Source of the DNA: Candidatus Amesbacteria bacterium RIFCSPLOWO2_01_FULL_48_25
Lineage (GTDB): Bacteria; Patescibacteriota; Microgenomatia; CAZETR01; Amesbacteraceae
NCBI GenBank assembly: GCA_001773695.1
Contig: MEXN01000001.1
Location: 41,903 to 105,902 of the forward strand
Length of the DNA stretch: 64,000 bases
Direction of reading: 5' to 3'
The notes beneath the pieces were generated by a model. That model had not been told where the DNA came from. It did no database searches and saw nothing but the letters and a program-made list of their open reading frames with translations. Position numbers and translations under genes: made by a program. Of the stretch, positions 31,773 through 41,385 are shown one piece after another; position 1 is the stretch's first letter; every line of letters starts with the position of its first letter.

Positions 31773-31841
31773 AGCGAGGACAAAGTCCGAGATATATGAA
31801 AGGATCCCGAAGCGTCAGCGACAGGTAGTTCTCCCTTCATA

Positions 31842-32342
31842 TCAACTCAATCCCAAAATTATTCTTTCAAGTACTCCCTCCAACATTCCTTTCTCCTCAC
31901 TCGTAAACTTCCCCAACACATAATTTTCCCCATTCTCTCTATCTCTATCTCTATTCTCTATCCCTATCCGTATTCTCCAAAAATCCTTGGTTTTTAAAGC
32001 ATTCTCTACCGACTCCACTCCATTATGCTCCTTCGGCCCTTTACCATTTTGGATCTTATATTCCCCCAACTTTATATCCAAATCATCATGTGCCACCCAC
32101 AATTCACTTTCCGGCAGCCCCTGCAATAATCTCCCCGATTCGTTCATAAACACACCTTTCGTTTTTACTAACCACAAATCAGCAGTTTTAAATACCAAAG
32201 CATCATAATGCTTCCTCCACTCATAGTCGCTGTTCAACCTCTCCGCGAACTTCTCCACCAACATCACCCCCGCATTATGTCTTGTATTTTGATATTCCGC
32301 CCCCGGATTCCCCAGCCCAATAATCACCCTCATCGTTAGCAT
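31842..32342 (-). CDS. pth: Peptidyl-tRNA hydrolase
   Basis: GLGNPG...YQNTRHNAG N-terminal signature, plus HDDLD. Confidence 0.85.
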   Translation of the reverse strand: MLTMRVIIGLGNPGAEYQNTRHNAGVMLVEKFAERLNSDYEWRKHYDALVFKTADLWLVKTKGVFMNESGRLLQGLPESELWVAHDDLDIKLGEYKIQNGKGPKEHNGVESVENALKTKDFWRIRIGIENRDRDRENGENYVLGKFTSEEKGMLEGVLERIILGLS

Positions 32343-32369
32343 TATAGCTTAGTGTTCTCACCACCTCAG

Positions 32370-33032
32370 TCATTTCCCCACAACTTCCACTATTCCCTCA
32401 TCCCCCTCAGCCCTGACTAATACTCTCACGCCGTGAGGAATCCGTTTTGTGCCATTGCCAGTGCCCACTATCGCCACAATTCCCAGCTCTCTGGCAATAA
32501 TCGCCGGATGCGACATAATACCACCGTTGTCAGTCACCAACGCCCGCACTTGGCCAGCCAGCAAGAACTGGGTCTGATCAGGCTTGACAAACTCCGCCAC
32601 CAATACTCCCGTCCTAAAGTCCCCCAGCTCGTGCTCACCGGAAACAACATAAGATACATCTTCTACCCGTCCCGGCACTGCCACTCTTCCTTTAATCGGC
32701 CCACCGGAAGCGGCCTCTCTCCTCTTCCAATCCCTATCCTGCCAATTTTTCAGCCCCGCCTCCAAGGCCTCTTCATTTGAAACTCCCCTCGCCACGCTCA
32801 AGCTTAATGCTTGGATCAACAACTGCCCCAGGGCCAAAACCTCCTCTTGTCTCGATCCATGCGGTCGGGCCAAAGGATTTAACTTTTGGTCATGAGTAAC
32901 GTATTTAGTCGCATCTCCCAACTCAGTCAAAACGAGCAAGGCCCTGAAAAAAGCTTCCGGATGAGCCTCTTCCGCCATCAACTTCCTCACCTCGTTTTCC
33001 CACCATCCGATTGGTTTGTTCTCAAACGCCAT
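32370..33032 (-). CDS. PEP-utilizing enzyme mobile (phosphohistidine swivel) domain protein, stand-alone
   Basis: TDNGGIMSHPAIIARELGIVAIVGT matches the PEP-utilisers mobile domain. The probable start is MAFENK at 33032; the longer listed ORF has an implausible N-terminus. Confidence 0.6.
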   Translation of the reverse strand: MAFENKPIGWWENEVRKLMAEEAHPEAFFRALLVLTELGDATKYVTHDQKLNPLARPHGSRQEEVLALGQLLIQALSLSVARGVSNEEALEAGLKNWQDRDWKRREAASGGPIKGRVAVPGRVEDVSYVVSGEHELGDFRTGVLVAEFVKPDQTQFLLAGQVRALVTDNGGIMSHPAIIARELGIVAIVGTGNGTKRIPHGVRVLVRAEGDEGIVEVVGK

Positions 33033-33039
33033 TATTATT

Positions 33040-33067
33040 TGACAAAAATAAAATAAGCAATAGAATC
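33040..33067 (+). promoter_or_regulatory. Promoter TTGACA-16-TAGAAT for the 33095 gene
   Basis: tTTGACAaaaataaaataagcaaTAGAATcc. Two further TTGACA copies lie downstream at 33088 and 33109. Confidence 0.4.
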
Positions 33068-33094
33068 CATATACTCGCTTTATAAGACCGTTTC

Positions 33095-34156
33095 TTGACA
33101 AAAAGTTCCCTTGTTTTTGACATGTCTTTGACATCCACCAGTTTCGCCCAAAATCTTCCGCAGGATTTTTATTATCCCCAACTGGCAAAGGAAGTCCTGG
33201 ACAAGCTCTCCCTGTACGAAAATGTCCTCGTCGGTGGCATTTATGGTTGCGGCATTCACACTTTTCTTGATTGCTTCACCGCCCTCGCCCAACAGTCCCC
33301 GGCATTCAACTCCATCTCCATTCTCGAATCGACCAAGCCAATAAGCTCAATCAAAAAAACCACCGGTATATCAGGGAAAAAGCTTGTCGTTATCCACACC
33401 TTCGAGCAGATAGCTCATCCAAACAATTATCTCGAAAAACTTCACCGTCTCCGTCTGCCAGATCCGTCACTGCTCACATATCTAGTCATTTCCGATCACA
33501 CCGTAGTAACCCGACCATCACAATACTTCGCCACTACCACCGCTTTTTTCAACTATCGATTCCTCGTCACCCCTTTCGATCCTGCCCTCACCCACCGGAT
33601 GATCGAAATCGACACGCAATTCTTTGGCTGGAAAGTCCCCAAAGACCTCATCGATCAAATCTACACTCTCAGCGGTGGAGTCCAAAGGCTTACTAAGCAC
33701 ATCTGCAAGCTCACCCACAAAAACCAATCATCTATTCCCAGTACTGAAAAAATACTCGCCGACCCCTCAATCGGCTTCCAGCTCAAGATGCTTACCAACA
33801 TCCTCTGTCAGTCACCTTCACCCGCTCTCCACACACTGGGAATCACCGATCACAAAGGCCAAATCAAGTCAAAGCTCCTCCAGACATACATCCAGGATCA
33901 CTTCCGAACCGACGTCGCCAATTACTTCCCCACTCTTTCCGCCCTAGAGGGGAACCTCTTTGCGCTCCTTTATCAAAATCTGGATTCTCTCATCACCCTC
34001 GATCGAATCGGCGACGTAATGGAACTTCTGGGTCACGATTTCTCCCCCTGGGCCATTTACAAACTCATCTCTCGCCTCAAACTCAAAATAGCACCCCAAT
34101 TTACTATCAAATCATTCAAGAGTCGCGGCTATTTACTCTCCAAAGCGCTACACTAG
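33095..34156 (+). CDS. Hypothetical protein (353 aa)
   Basis: Long plus-strand ORF with its own promoter; no motif recognised. Confidence 0.5.
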   Translation: MTKSSLVFDMSLTSTSFAQNLPQDFYYPQLAKEVLDKLSLYENVLVGGIYGCGIHTFLDCFTALAQQSPAFNSISILESTKPISSIKKTTGISGKKLVVIHTFEQIAHPNNYLEKLHRLRLPDPSLLTYLVISDHTVVTRPSQYFATTTAFFNYRFLVTPFDPALTHRMIEIDTQFFGWKVPKDLIDQIYTLSGGVQRLTKHICKLTHKNQSSIPSTEKILADPSIGFQLKMLTNILCQSPSPALHTLGITDHKGQIKSKLLQTYIQDHFRTDVANYFPTLSALEGNLFALLYQNLDSLITLDRIGDVMELLGHDFSPWAIYKLISRLKLKIAPQFTIKSFKSRGYLLSKALH

Positions 34157-34753
34157 CGGCACGAAGCTAAAACTGCCCAGCTTCTCCCATATTATTTTCC
34201 CATCTCTTTTCTCCCCTCTCATCATCTCTCCCTTAACCGGAATTACTATTCTCCCCCCGCTGATTAACTGATTAACCAATTCACTTGGTACTTCATCTGC
34301 CATTGCCGCCACGATTATCCCGTCATACGGCGCGTATCTCGGCCATCCTTCCTTCCCATCCCCGACTTTTATTTTTACATTTTCAAATTTCAAATTTCTA
34401 ATTTCAAATTCCGCCCTTCGGGCTAGCTCTGGAACCACTTCCACGGAATAAACTTTATCAAACAATTTAGCTAGTAAGGCAGTTTGGTACCCGCTCCCCG
34501 TCCCAATTTCTAATACCCTTCCATATTTTTGACTTTTGCCTTTTGACTTTTGAATTAGTAATTCGCACATCCGTGCGACTGTATACGGCTGGCTTATCGT
34601 CTGCCCGTATCCAATCGGCAGTGGCCTATCCTCATATGCCAAGTGGCCGTATTCTTCCGGCACAAACGATCTTCTATCTACCTCCGCCATCGCCGCCAAC
34701 ACCCGCTCATCCCTCACTCCATATTCTCGAACCGTGTCCAACATCCTCTTCAT
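34148..34753 (-). CDS. pcm: Protein-L-isoaspartate O-methyltransferase
   Basis: VLEIGTGSGYQTALLA SAM-binding motif in PCMT architecture. It contains an in-frame insert (KSKGKSQKYG) from a TTTTGAC repeat. Confidence 0.88.
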   Translation of the reverse strand: MKRMLDTVREYGVRDERVLAAMAEVDRRSFVPEEYGHLAYEDRPLPIGYGQTISQPYTVARMCELLIQKSKGKSQKYGRVLEIGTGSGYQTALLAKLFDKVYSVEVVPELARRAEFEIRNLKFENVKIKVGDGKEGWPRYAPYDGIIVAAMADEVPSELVNQLISGGRIVIPVKGEMMRGEKRDGKIIWEKLGSFSFVPLV

Positions 34754-35160
34754 TTCACTATCTTATCCGCCCACGCCCCCAGTATCGGCAACCTTACTTT
34801 TTTTCCTTGATTCGTTTCCATTGCCATCCATAGCCACAACCCCAAAAATCCTACTCCCGACAGACCAGACACCAAAGCCGCCACAGGCACCAACACAATT
34901 GTCGCTCTCAGCATCGGCGCCACCGCCTGAGTAAGAGCCAAAAACACGCTATACGTCAAAAGCGACTGCACCCCGTGCCACCGCAACTCCCGATCTTTTT
35001 CCAGCGCCAACGCCACCACAGCCGCCATCCACCCCACAAACGGCACGTAAACCAAGGCAGACATAACTTTTACCGGCACCCCCAGAACCCCTTTTGCCCC
35101 ATCCTCACCTGGCATACTGCAAAGTATACAACCTTTTAAGTTCTTCCACACTAGTCGCAT
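34750..35160 (-). CDS. Hypothetical membrane protein (DUF4870-like, 3 TM)
   Basis: Hydrophobic helices of the MSALVYVPFVGWMAAVVAL type; the N-terminus may be over-extended. Confidence 0.4.
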   Translation of the reverse strand: MRLVWKNLKGCILCSMPGEDGAKGVLGVPVKVMSALVYVPFVGWMAAVVALALEKDRELRWHGVQSLLTYSVFLALTQAVAPMLRATIVLVPVAALVSGLSGVGFLGLWLWMAMETNQGKKVRLPILGAWADKIVK

Positions 35161-36793
35161 CCTCAGGCTTTTTCTTTCTAAAGCTCACTAGCCTTGGAAA
35201 CCTCAAGGCGTATCCCGCTGTATGCATAGGCGAGCTGGTTATCTCGTCCGCCTTAATCTCCACGACCAGTTTCGGCTCCACCCAAAAGTCACAATTCATC
35301 TGCTTGCCCACTTCATAATTTTCCGGCTTTACTGTCAACTGATAATTGTCAACTGTCAACTTAATTTTCCGCCACTCCTCATCAGTGAGTCCCGTCCCGA
35401 TCTTGGCTACAGTCAAATACTTGTCAGCCTCTGGCTGATACACTCCCGCCAAAAAATCCCCAATTCCAAACCCTGCTCTTTTCCCCTGACCCACGTCGTA
35501 CCCCAAGACCACCAGGTCCAACGTGTCCGAAAGTGCCGATTTATCATAACTTTTCTTGTACTTTATCCAGTTAAAATCCCGTGCCCCCGCCGCATATACC
35601 CCGTCCAGTTTCTTGGCAATTACCCCCTCGCACCCGTCAGCGAGTGCTTTTCTAAAAAACCTCTCTATCTCCGTCTCATTCTCTACTTTCTCCATCGGCA
35701 TCAGTTTCACGATATTTCCCGCATTCACCAGCTTTTCCAGTTCACCCCTTCTCTCCATATACGTCTTATTTGTCATATTTGTCCTATCCGTCATAAGTAC
35801 ATCAAATAAATATATTGTCAGGGGAACTTTTTCAGCCATTTCCGCAATACCATATTTCCGCTTTCTTTGCACTGTCTCCTGAAACGGCAAAAACTTTCCG
35901 TTTTTACCCAGGGCGATCATCTCCCCCTCCACAATGCAATCTTTTTTAATTTGTTTTTTCAGCCCCTCCACCACATCCGGGTACATGCTCGTCACATTCT
36001 CCAACCCCCGTGAAAACAAGCTCACTGAGCGCTGAATATGCGCTTGAATTCTCAATCCATCCAACTTGTATTCCACAGCGCACTCCCCATTCCTTTTCCA
36101 AATCTCCGCTGCATCTTTCGCCCTTTCACATCTGGCCATCAGTACCGGCGTCCCGATCTCCGGTTCAATTTTCCTTGGCTTCTTGTGCCTAACTATTTCT
36201 TCTGCTATTTCGCCCAAATCCGCCCTGACATTATACATATTCTCTATTGCGGGACGCAATTTTTTATCTCCTCCAATCATCCACGACAACGCATCCAGTA
36301 CCGTCATATCCGAAAACCCCGTTCGCAATTTCCCCAACACCATCTTCACCGCGTACTTGGCCTCTTTCCCACTTAACCGATTAACTAATTCACCGATCAA
36401 CTTTACTTTAAGTTCCTGGCTCCCCTCCCCCCCCGCAAGTGCAATTTCCATCAATTGCTTGTAAACTTGTGAAATTGTTAAGTTGTGATTTGTTTGGGAT
36501 TTGTGGCTTGAGTCTTGAGACTTAATTGTTTCTACAGTTCTCCCCAAATCCCCAGTCTTCTTAAAATTTTCTCCCGCTCCTTCCCCCAACGCCCGAATCA
36601 TCATCTTGTCTGCAACCCCAAAGTCAGGACTACGATATGCCGGCCCCAACCTCCCTTGCGTCATATACGCTACCAGTCTGGCATCCTCGGGACTCGTCTC
36701 CCTGAAAAGCTGCGCCAAAATCCGCGTCATTTCCAGTCTGCTCGCCGTCCCCTCCAACTTCTCCAAATACCCCGCCAGTTCCGAAAACAACAT
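35105..36793 (-). CDS. ATP-dependent DNA ligase
   Basis: KxDG adenylation motif (EYKLDGLRIQAH), followed by OB-fold region motifs. In-frame low-complexity insert (SQDSSHKSQTNHNLTISQ). Confidence 0.88.
   Translation of the reverse strand: MLFSELAGYLEKLEGTASRLEMTRILAQLFRETSPEDARLVAYMTQGRLGPAYRSPDFGVADKMMIRALGEGAGENFKKTGDLGRTVETIKSQDSSHKSQTNHNLTISQVYKQLMEIALAGGEGSQELKVKLIGELVNRLSGKEAKYAVKMVLGKLRTGFSDMTVLDALSWMIGGDKKLRPAIENMYNVRADLGEIAEEIVRHKKPRKIEPEIGTPVLMARCERAKDAAEIWKRNGECAVEYKLDGLRIQAHIQRSVSLFSRGLENVTSMYPDVVEGLKKQIKKDCIVEGEMIALGKNGKFLPFQETVQRKRKYGIAEMAEKVPLTIYLFDVLMTDRTNMTNKTYMERRGELEKLVNAGNIVKLMPMEKVENETEIERFFRKALADGCEGVIAKKLDGVYAAGARDFNWIKYKKSYDKSALSDTLDLVVLGYDVGQGKRAGFGIGDFLAGVYQPEADKYLTVAKIGTGLTDEEWRKIKLTVDNYQLTVKPENYEVGKQMNCDFWVEPKLVVEIKADEITSSPMHTAGYALRFPRLVSFRKKKPEDATSVEELKRLYTLQYAR
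36463..36525. repeat. Degenerate TTGTGR/TTGRGA repeats inside the DNA ligase gene
   Basis: aaacttgtgaaattgttaagttgtgatttgtttgggatttgtggcttgagtcttgagactt. Confidence 0.8.
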
Positions 36794-37026
36794 GAGCCAA
36801 TAATAACTTATACTCTTACACTCTTCTACTCTCCCGCTCTACTTCACATACCCCACTAGGTAAAAATACCCAAACGCCACGCCGGCTAAAAATATCACTC
36901 CCAACACCACGTTTATCCACCCCTCTTGGTAATGCGATATTTTATATACCCCTTCACCCATCAGGGTCAACCCAAAAAGAGTAGGCAAAACGAGCATTAC
37001 ATACAAAAATTCGGCGTTAATCATAA

Positions 37027-38112
37027 TTATTTTTTCAGAAAATATTTTGCCGCCTTAGTCGACCCTCTCTTAACTATCACTCCTTTTTGCAGCAGATATT
37101 TAAACTCCCGCAAAATCGTGTCTTCGGATACCATAGACAACATTTTCCTCGCCTCGGCCATTGTAATTTGCCCGTTGCTGTTTAAATACTCGACCAGCTT
37201 CATCTGCCGCGGCGACAGCGCCACCTGCTGCCCCACCCTCTCTTTAATTTTTATGTCGACAGATAACTCCTTCACTTTCAGCTTTATCCGTGTCAATTCA
37301 TCAGCCAGTGCCTTGGTAAAAACAGTCAGCCAAGCCGTCAAATCCCGGTCTTCCAGCCTAGGGGCCAGGTTAGACACCTCCATCAAAGCCCCGAAGTAAT
37401 CATCCGCATGCTGGTCAAAGTATTCCTCCAGGGCAAAAAATCTCCTGATGTCGTACCCTTCCCGATGCAGCATCAGCGTTGCAAACGCCCTAGCTGTCCG
37501 TCCGTTACCCTCCGTAAACGGGTGTACCGCCGCCACCACATAATGAGCCACCCCAGCCCGCAAAATCGGGTGTTCCCGCCCCCCCAGTTCGCTATTTATA
37601 TACCGGAAAAAATCATCCATCAGATACGGCACTTCCATAGCCAGGGGAGGCCGGAAACCCACCTCCCCCGTCACCGAGTTTCTCAAAACCACTTGCACCT
37701 GCCGGTACTTGCCCACCTGCTCAGCCGGCACAATTTTATCGACAACCAGCCTGTGGATCTCCCACAACTCCTCGCGCGTATACGCATTCACCCCACTCTT
37801 TTCCAAATACTCCAACACTTTCCTATAATTAATTACTTCCTGCACGTCCCGTTCTCGGGCAGCCACTCCCTCGGCAGCCGCTTCAGCCGGCGTCTCCACT
37901 TCCCGCTCCAAAATAATCTTCGCCTCTCCCAAGCTTAAATCATTGCCTTCCAAAGCAGTCCCATAATGCACCGCCCGCAGTCTGGCATCATCCCGGAACT
38001 TTGCCTCCCACATAGGCACCAGCGGCGCATTTTCAATTACTTCCCTGGCCGCCTCAATCTGCCCAATGTTCTTCAAAATATCGGTGATAATGATATATTT
38101 AGGTGTATACAT
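37027..38112 (-). CDS. Fic-family protein (AMPylator/Doc family) with C-terminal winged-helix
   Basis: HPFTEGNGRTARAF matches the Fic core motif HPFx[DE]GNGR. The probable start is MYTPKY at 38112; the listed N-terminal extension is translation of the leader element. Confidence 0.8.
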   Translation of the reverse strand: MYTPKYIIITDILKNIGQIEAAREVIENAPLVPMWEAKFRDDARLRAVHYGTALEGNDLSLGEAKIILEREVETPAEAAAEGVAARERDVQEVINYRKVLEYLEKSGVNAYTREELWEIHRLVVDKIVPAEQVGKYRQVQVVLRNSVTGEVGFRPPLAMEVPYLMDDFFRYINSELGGREHPILRAGVAHYVVAAVHPFTEGNGRTARAFATLMLHREGYDIRRFFALEEYFDQHADDYFGALMEVSNLAPRLEDRDLTAWLTVFTKALADELTRIKLKVKELSVDIKIKERVGQQVALSPRQMKLVEYLNSNGQITMAEARKMLSMVSEDTILREFKYLLQKGVIVKRGSTKAAKYFLKK

Positions 38113-38130
38113 TCCTAAAAATTCGGTGCA

Positions 38131-38205
38131 GGCGAGATGCAAAATGCGCCCGCAGCCGGACGCCGGCAAACGCCAGGCAGTCGAGGACGTAATTTTGCGC
38201 TCGCC
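38131..38205 (-). promoter_or_regulatory. Conserved GC-rich leader element copy 1 (structured RNA or operator candidate), about 25 nt upstream of fic
   Basis: It shares the core GCAGCCGGACRCCGGCAAACGMCCAGGCAGTCGAGSACG with 58421..58493. Outer arms GGCGAG/CTCGCC and GCAAAAT/ATTTTGC bracket the core. Confidence 0.45.
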
Positions 38206-38252
38206 GAACCGACCCTGCGTTAATTCTACGGTTAATATGCGGGAAATACAAT

Positions 38253-38507
38253 ATGGCTAGTAAAAAACTCCACCTGGAAATCATCACCCAGATGCTGTCC
38301 CTTTCCTCCTCCGCCTTCGGTTTAGTCGCCGCCCTAGCCTGGAACACCGTCATCCAAACTTTCATAAACGACTTTATAAAGCCCTTTTTACCAGCCGGCG
38401 GCTCACTTATTATTTCCCAACTCATCTATGCCACCGTCATTACCATGCTAGTCGTCACCATCACTCTCAAGCTCTCCCAAATCAAAGACCGCCTAGAATC
38501 TAATTGA
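38253..38507 (+). CDS. Small membrane protein (84 aa, 2 TM)
   Basis: Two clear hydrophobic helices. The ATG is 25 nt downstream of the conserved element, so that element could alternatively be its leader. Confidence 0.4.
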   Translation: MASKKLHLEIITQMLSLSSSAFGLVAALAWNTVIQTFINDFIKPFLPAGGSLIISQLIYATVITMLVVTITLKLSQIKDRLESN

Positions 38508-39035
38508 CTTTTTAAACTTTAGAAGTGCCCGGGATCGCATTGAAAATTTGTTCTTTTCTTGCAAATCCATCTCCCCAAAAGTCTTTTTAGAACCTCTTGG
38601 CATAAAGATCGGGTCCCAGCCAAAACCCCCACCTCGCAGCTCCCAGGCAATATCACCCATGGTTTTACCCACAAATAAGTGCTCACCGCCTTTCTCATCC
38701 ACGTAAACAATCGTCGTTTGTGCGGTCGCAGTTCTCAATTTATAGCCTTTGAGCATTTCCAAAATTCCTTCATTACCCAGCGCCTTCATAAACGCGTCTA
38801 TGTATGTCCCCGGCAATCCATTAATTGAGTCAATAAAAAGTGCCACATCTTCAACAAATAATGGTTTTTTAAGGGCGGACCAGTAACTTCGGGCCTTTTT
38901 TACCGCCACTTCAATCGGGTCCAACGATTGTATTTCATCTATTTCTAGTGGTATCCCCACCACATCAACGTCCAGGATTGCCCCAGCTTCTTTTAACTTT
39001 CCTTTATTCGTGGTTGCAAAATATATCGTCTCCAT
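38493..39035 (-). CDS. rdgB: Non-canonical purine NTP pyrophosphatase (Ham1/RdgB family)
   Basis: IYFATTNKGKLKE N-terminal motif and FGWDPIF signature. Start at METIYF. Confidence 0.8.
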   Translation of the reverse strand: METIYFATTNKGKLKEAGAILDVDVVGIPLEIDEIQSLDPIEVAVKKARSYWSALKKPLFVEDVALFIDSINGLPGTYIDAFMKALGNEGILEMLKGYKLRTATAQTTIVYVDEKGGEHLFVGKTMGDIAWELRGGGFGWDPIFMPRGSKKTFGEMDLQEKNKFSMRSRALLKFKKSIRF

Positions 39036-40578
39036 TAATATTACTGATGATATCATCGTGACCACCAAATCCGAAACTAACCACCTAGAAAATCTTAGAG
39101 CAGATTTTTTTAAACTTCTCGACCCAGAATATGGCACCAGCCATATTACAAAACTCCTGAGGAAACAAGAAAACGATGGTTCGTATCTCCAAAGATGGTA
39201 CAGCTTCAGCCGGAAGGCCCAGGACGTTTATCCCAGCCAGGGACTTCTCCAAACTCCGTACGACTACCTCGACTATCAAATGAGCCAGGTCCTCCCACAG
39301 GATATTTTGATCGAAACCTTAAGGATCAGAAGGTATTTTCTTGAAATTTCCAATCACCCCTACCGACTCCATTTTTTAAAAAAAGTCAACGATTCAAAAT
39401 TCATCGCCCCCCCAAAAATCAGCTGTCTTCCTATCGAATCCGCCATAAAAAACGGTTTGTCGCTAGCCATCGGCGATCTGGGAGCTACCCCGGCCGGCTC
39501 CCAAAATCCCAGAATAAGCCGTAGAGAAAGATACGCCCAAGGGCCTTTCGTCAAGCTCGGTAAACAAGCCAGAGCCCTATTTATAGGCTCCTCATCTCCG
39601 GACGTCTGGAACAGTTCAGCCGCCATTGCCACTATGGCCGCCTGCCACTGTCTCACCGCGATCCCCAGAAACGGTCTCCTTTCTGATATCAAAAGACAGT
39701 CGGATTTAGCCAAAGATGTTTTTAAATGGCTTGAAAATATGGCAGACGAACTACTTGCCGGCAGGCAAGACAGGCAAGAAATAAGTAAATATTGGGAAAA
39801 CAACGTCATGGGCACGCTGGAAGCGTCCGAAGAAAAAGCTCTAAAAAGAGCCGAATCGCTAATAAAAGCCGGAGTGAGGGTCTTTAGAATTTATTCCCCC
39901 GAACCAGGCACCGGAACGGTTGACACTGTAAAAAAGCTGCGCCAACATTTCGGCCGCAAAATTGAGATCTTCACCAGTCTTATTGTCAGCACAACACAAG
40001 CAAAAAGCGCCCAAGAAGCCGGTGCAGATGGAATATTTGTAGGCATTGGCGGCGGTGGGAGATGCACGACGGGTGTCAGAAGCGGAAGTGCAATTGACTG
40101 GCCGGAACTTGTATACAAACTGCGAGGTGAAATAGAGATCCCCATAATTGTCGAGGGGGGAGCAACCGATCACGTCGCCGTGTCCCTCCTTTTAGGCGCC
40201 AGCGGCATAAGCGTATCCCGGGCTGTCGCGGGCGGAACCATCGAATCGCCCGGAGGCGCCATGTTTCTGTCCGACGATAAGGGCCAACTATTCAAGCCAT
40301 ACGGGGGCGAAGCCTCAGCCAGAGCCAAATTCATTGAAGGAAAACTCTTAGCTTTCAACATTCCCTCATTCATAGAGGGCGAAACCGGTAAGGCCTATTT
40401 AAACTTTAGTAAGCACTCATTTCCCACACTCACGCTAAATCTACATACTCTTGCTGAAGATGCGACCCTGGCCATGGTATTCAAAGGTGTAGCTAATATC
40501 CACGAATTACATGCCATCAATCCTTCCCCTTTAAGGCAAATCACTACCTTCGGCGACTTTCAAAGAAACTCACACTAA
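39010..40578 (+). CDS. IMP dehydrogenase/GMP reductase-family protein with a divergent N-terminal half (start uncertain; an alternative Met lies at 39280)
   Basis: C-terminal half: AGADGIFVGIGGGGRCTTGVRSG...IIVEGGATDHV...ESPGG matches the IMPDH catalytic loop GIGxGSICTT and the flap. The N-terminal 260 aa do not resemble the IMPDH N-terminus or CBS domains. Confidence 0.55.
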   Translation: MVAKYIVSINITDDIIVTTKSETNHLENLRADFFKLLDPEYGTSHITKLLRKQENDGSYLQRWYSFSRKAQDVYPSQGLLQTPYDYLDYQMSQVLPQDILIETLRIRRYFLEISNHPYRLHFLKKVNDSKFIAPPKISCLPIESAIKNGLSLAIGDLGATPAGSQNPRISRRERYAQGPFVKLGKQARALFIGSSSPDVWNSSAAIATMAACHCLTAIPRNGLLSDIKRQSDLAKDVFKWLENMADELLAGRQDRQEISKYWENNVMGTLEASEEKALKRAESLIKAGVRVFRIYSPEPGTGTVDTVKKLRQHFGRKIEIFTSLIVSTTQAKSAQEAGADGIFVGIGGGGRCTTGVRSGSAIDWPELVYKLRGEIEIPIIVEGGATDHVAVSLLLGASGISVSRAVAGGTIESPGGAMFLSDDKGQLFKPYGGEASARAKFIEGKLLAFNIPSFIEGETGKAYLNFSKHSFPTLTLNLHTLAEDATLAMVFKGVANIHELHAINPSPLRQITTFGDFQRNSH

Positions 40579-41385
40579 AAATACTTCTTCTGCCAGGTCA
40601 TCGGCGTTGAAGTTATATCCCACTTTCTTGTACAGCTTTTCAGCTGTTTTTTTAACCAGATATGTTCCGGCCGCCGCGGCCAAAAGTGGCGGATTTTTAG
40701 CCGCCAAGCCCACTATCACCCCCGCCAACACATCTCCCGTCCCGCCTTTGGTCAACCCCGCATTTCCCCCAGTTACCTCATAAGTCGTCTCCCCATCACT
40801 CACATACGCCACCGGCCCCTTATACACAATTATGCATTTATATTTTTGGGAAATTGATTTCAAATTTCGCTCGCGAAGCGCTGGCTCCGCCAGCAATTCA
40901 AATTTCAAATTAAAGAGCATTTCGTACTCCTTGCTGTTGGGGGTAATAATTGCCCCCTTCGGTATCCACCCCGCTTCCATTACCTGCAAACTTCCCCCAT
41001 CTATTACCCATTTTTTCTCCGGAAATTTTCTCAATAAGTTTTCTGTCACCTTTTTTGTCTCATCTCCCCCTCCATCTCCGATCTCCATCCGATATCTCAT
41101 CATCCCCGGTCCAATTAATACCGCGTCTGATTTAGCCACATAATCTTCAACTTCCCCCCACGGCACCCACACAAACGAATTCAACTTAGCGATCTTTTCC
41201 AAATCCCGCTCGGTAGATCCAAAAAAAACCATATCCACCAATCTGGATGCTGCCTTTACCGCCAACATCGGTGCGCCATGAAACAAAGCTGATCCCCCAA
41301 TTATCGTTACCTGCCCATTATCCTCGCCACTGGAATCCTCCCTCGGCCTCCACAATTTTTTCAAGTCGTCAGGTCCAAAAATCAT
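40570..41385 (-). CDS. nnrD: ADP-dependent NAD(P)H-hydrate dehydratase (YjeF C-terminal/Nnr family)
   Basis: GGTGDVLAGVIVGLAA motif in a carbohydrate-kinase fold. Confidence 0.75.
   Translation of the reverse strand: MIFGPDDLKKLWRPREDSSGEDNGQVTIIGGSALFHGAPMLAVKAASRLVDMVFFGSTERDLEKIAKLNSFVWVPWGEVEDYVAKSDAVLIGPGMMRYRMEIGDGGGDETKKVTENLLRKFPEKKWVIDGGSLQVMEAGWIPKGAIITPNSKEYEMLFNLKFELLAEPALRERNLKSISQKYKCIIVYKGPVAYVSDGETTYEVTGGNAGLTKGGTGDVLAGVIVGLAAKNPPLLAAAAGTYLVKKTAEKLYKKVGYNFNADDLAEEVFLV

Noticed and set aside
35222-36464. Several 100-200-aa plus-strand ORFs (35222..35809, 35556..35882, 36038..36376, 36066..36464) overlapping the DNA ligase gene
   Set aside because: They are antisense shadows of the ligase gene, with low-complexity Ser/Phe/Pro/Ile-rich products.
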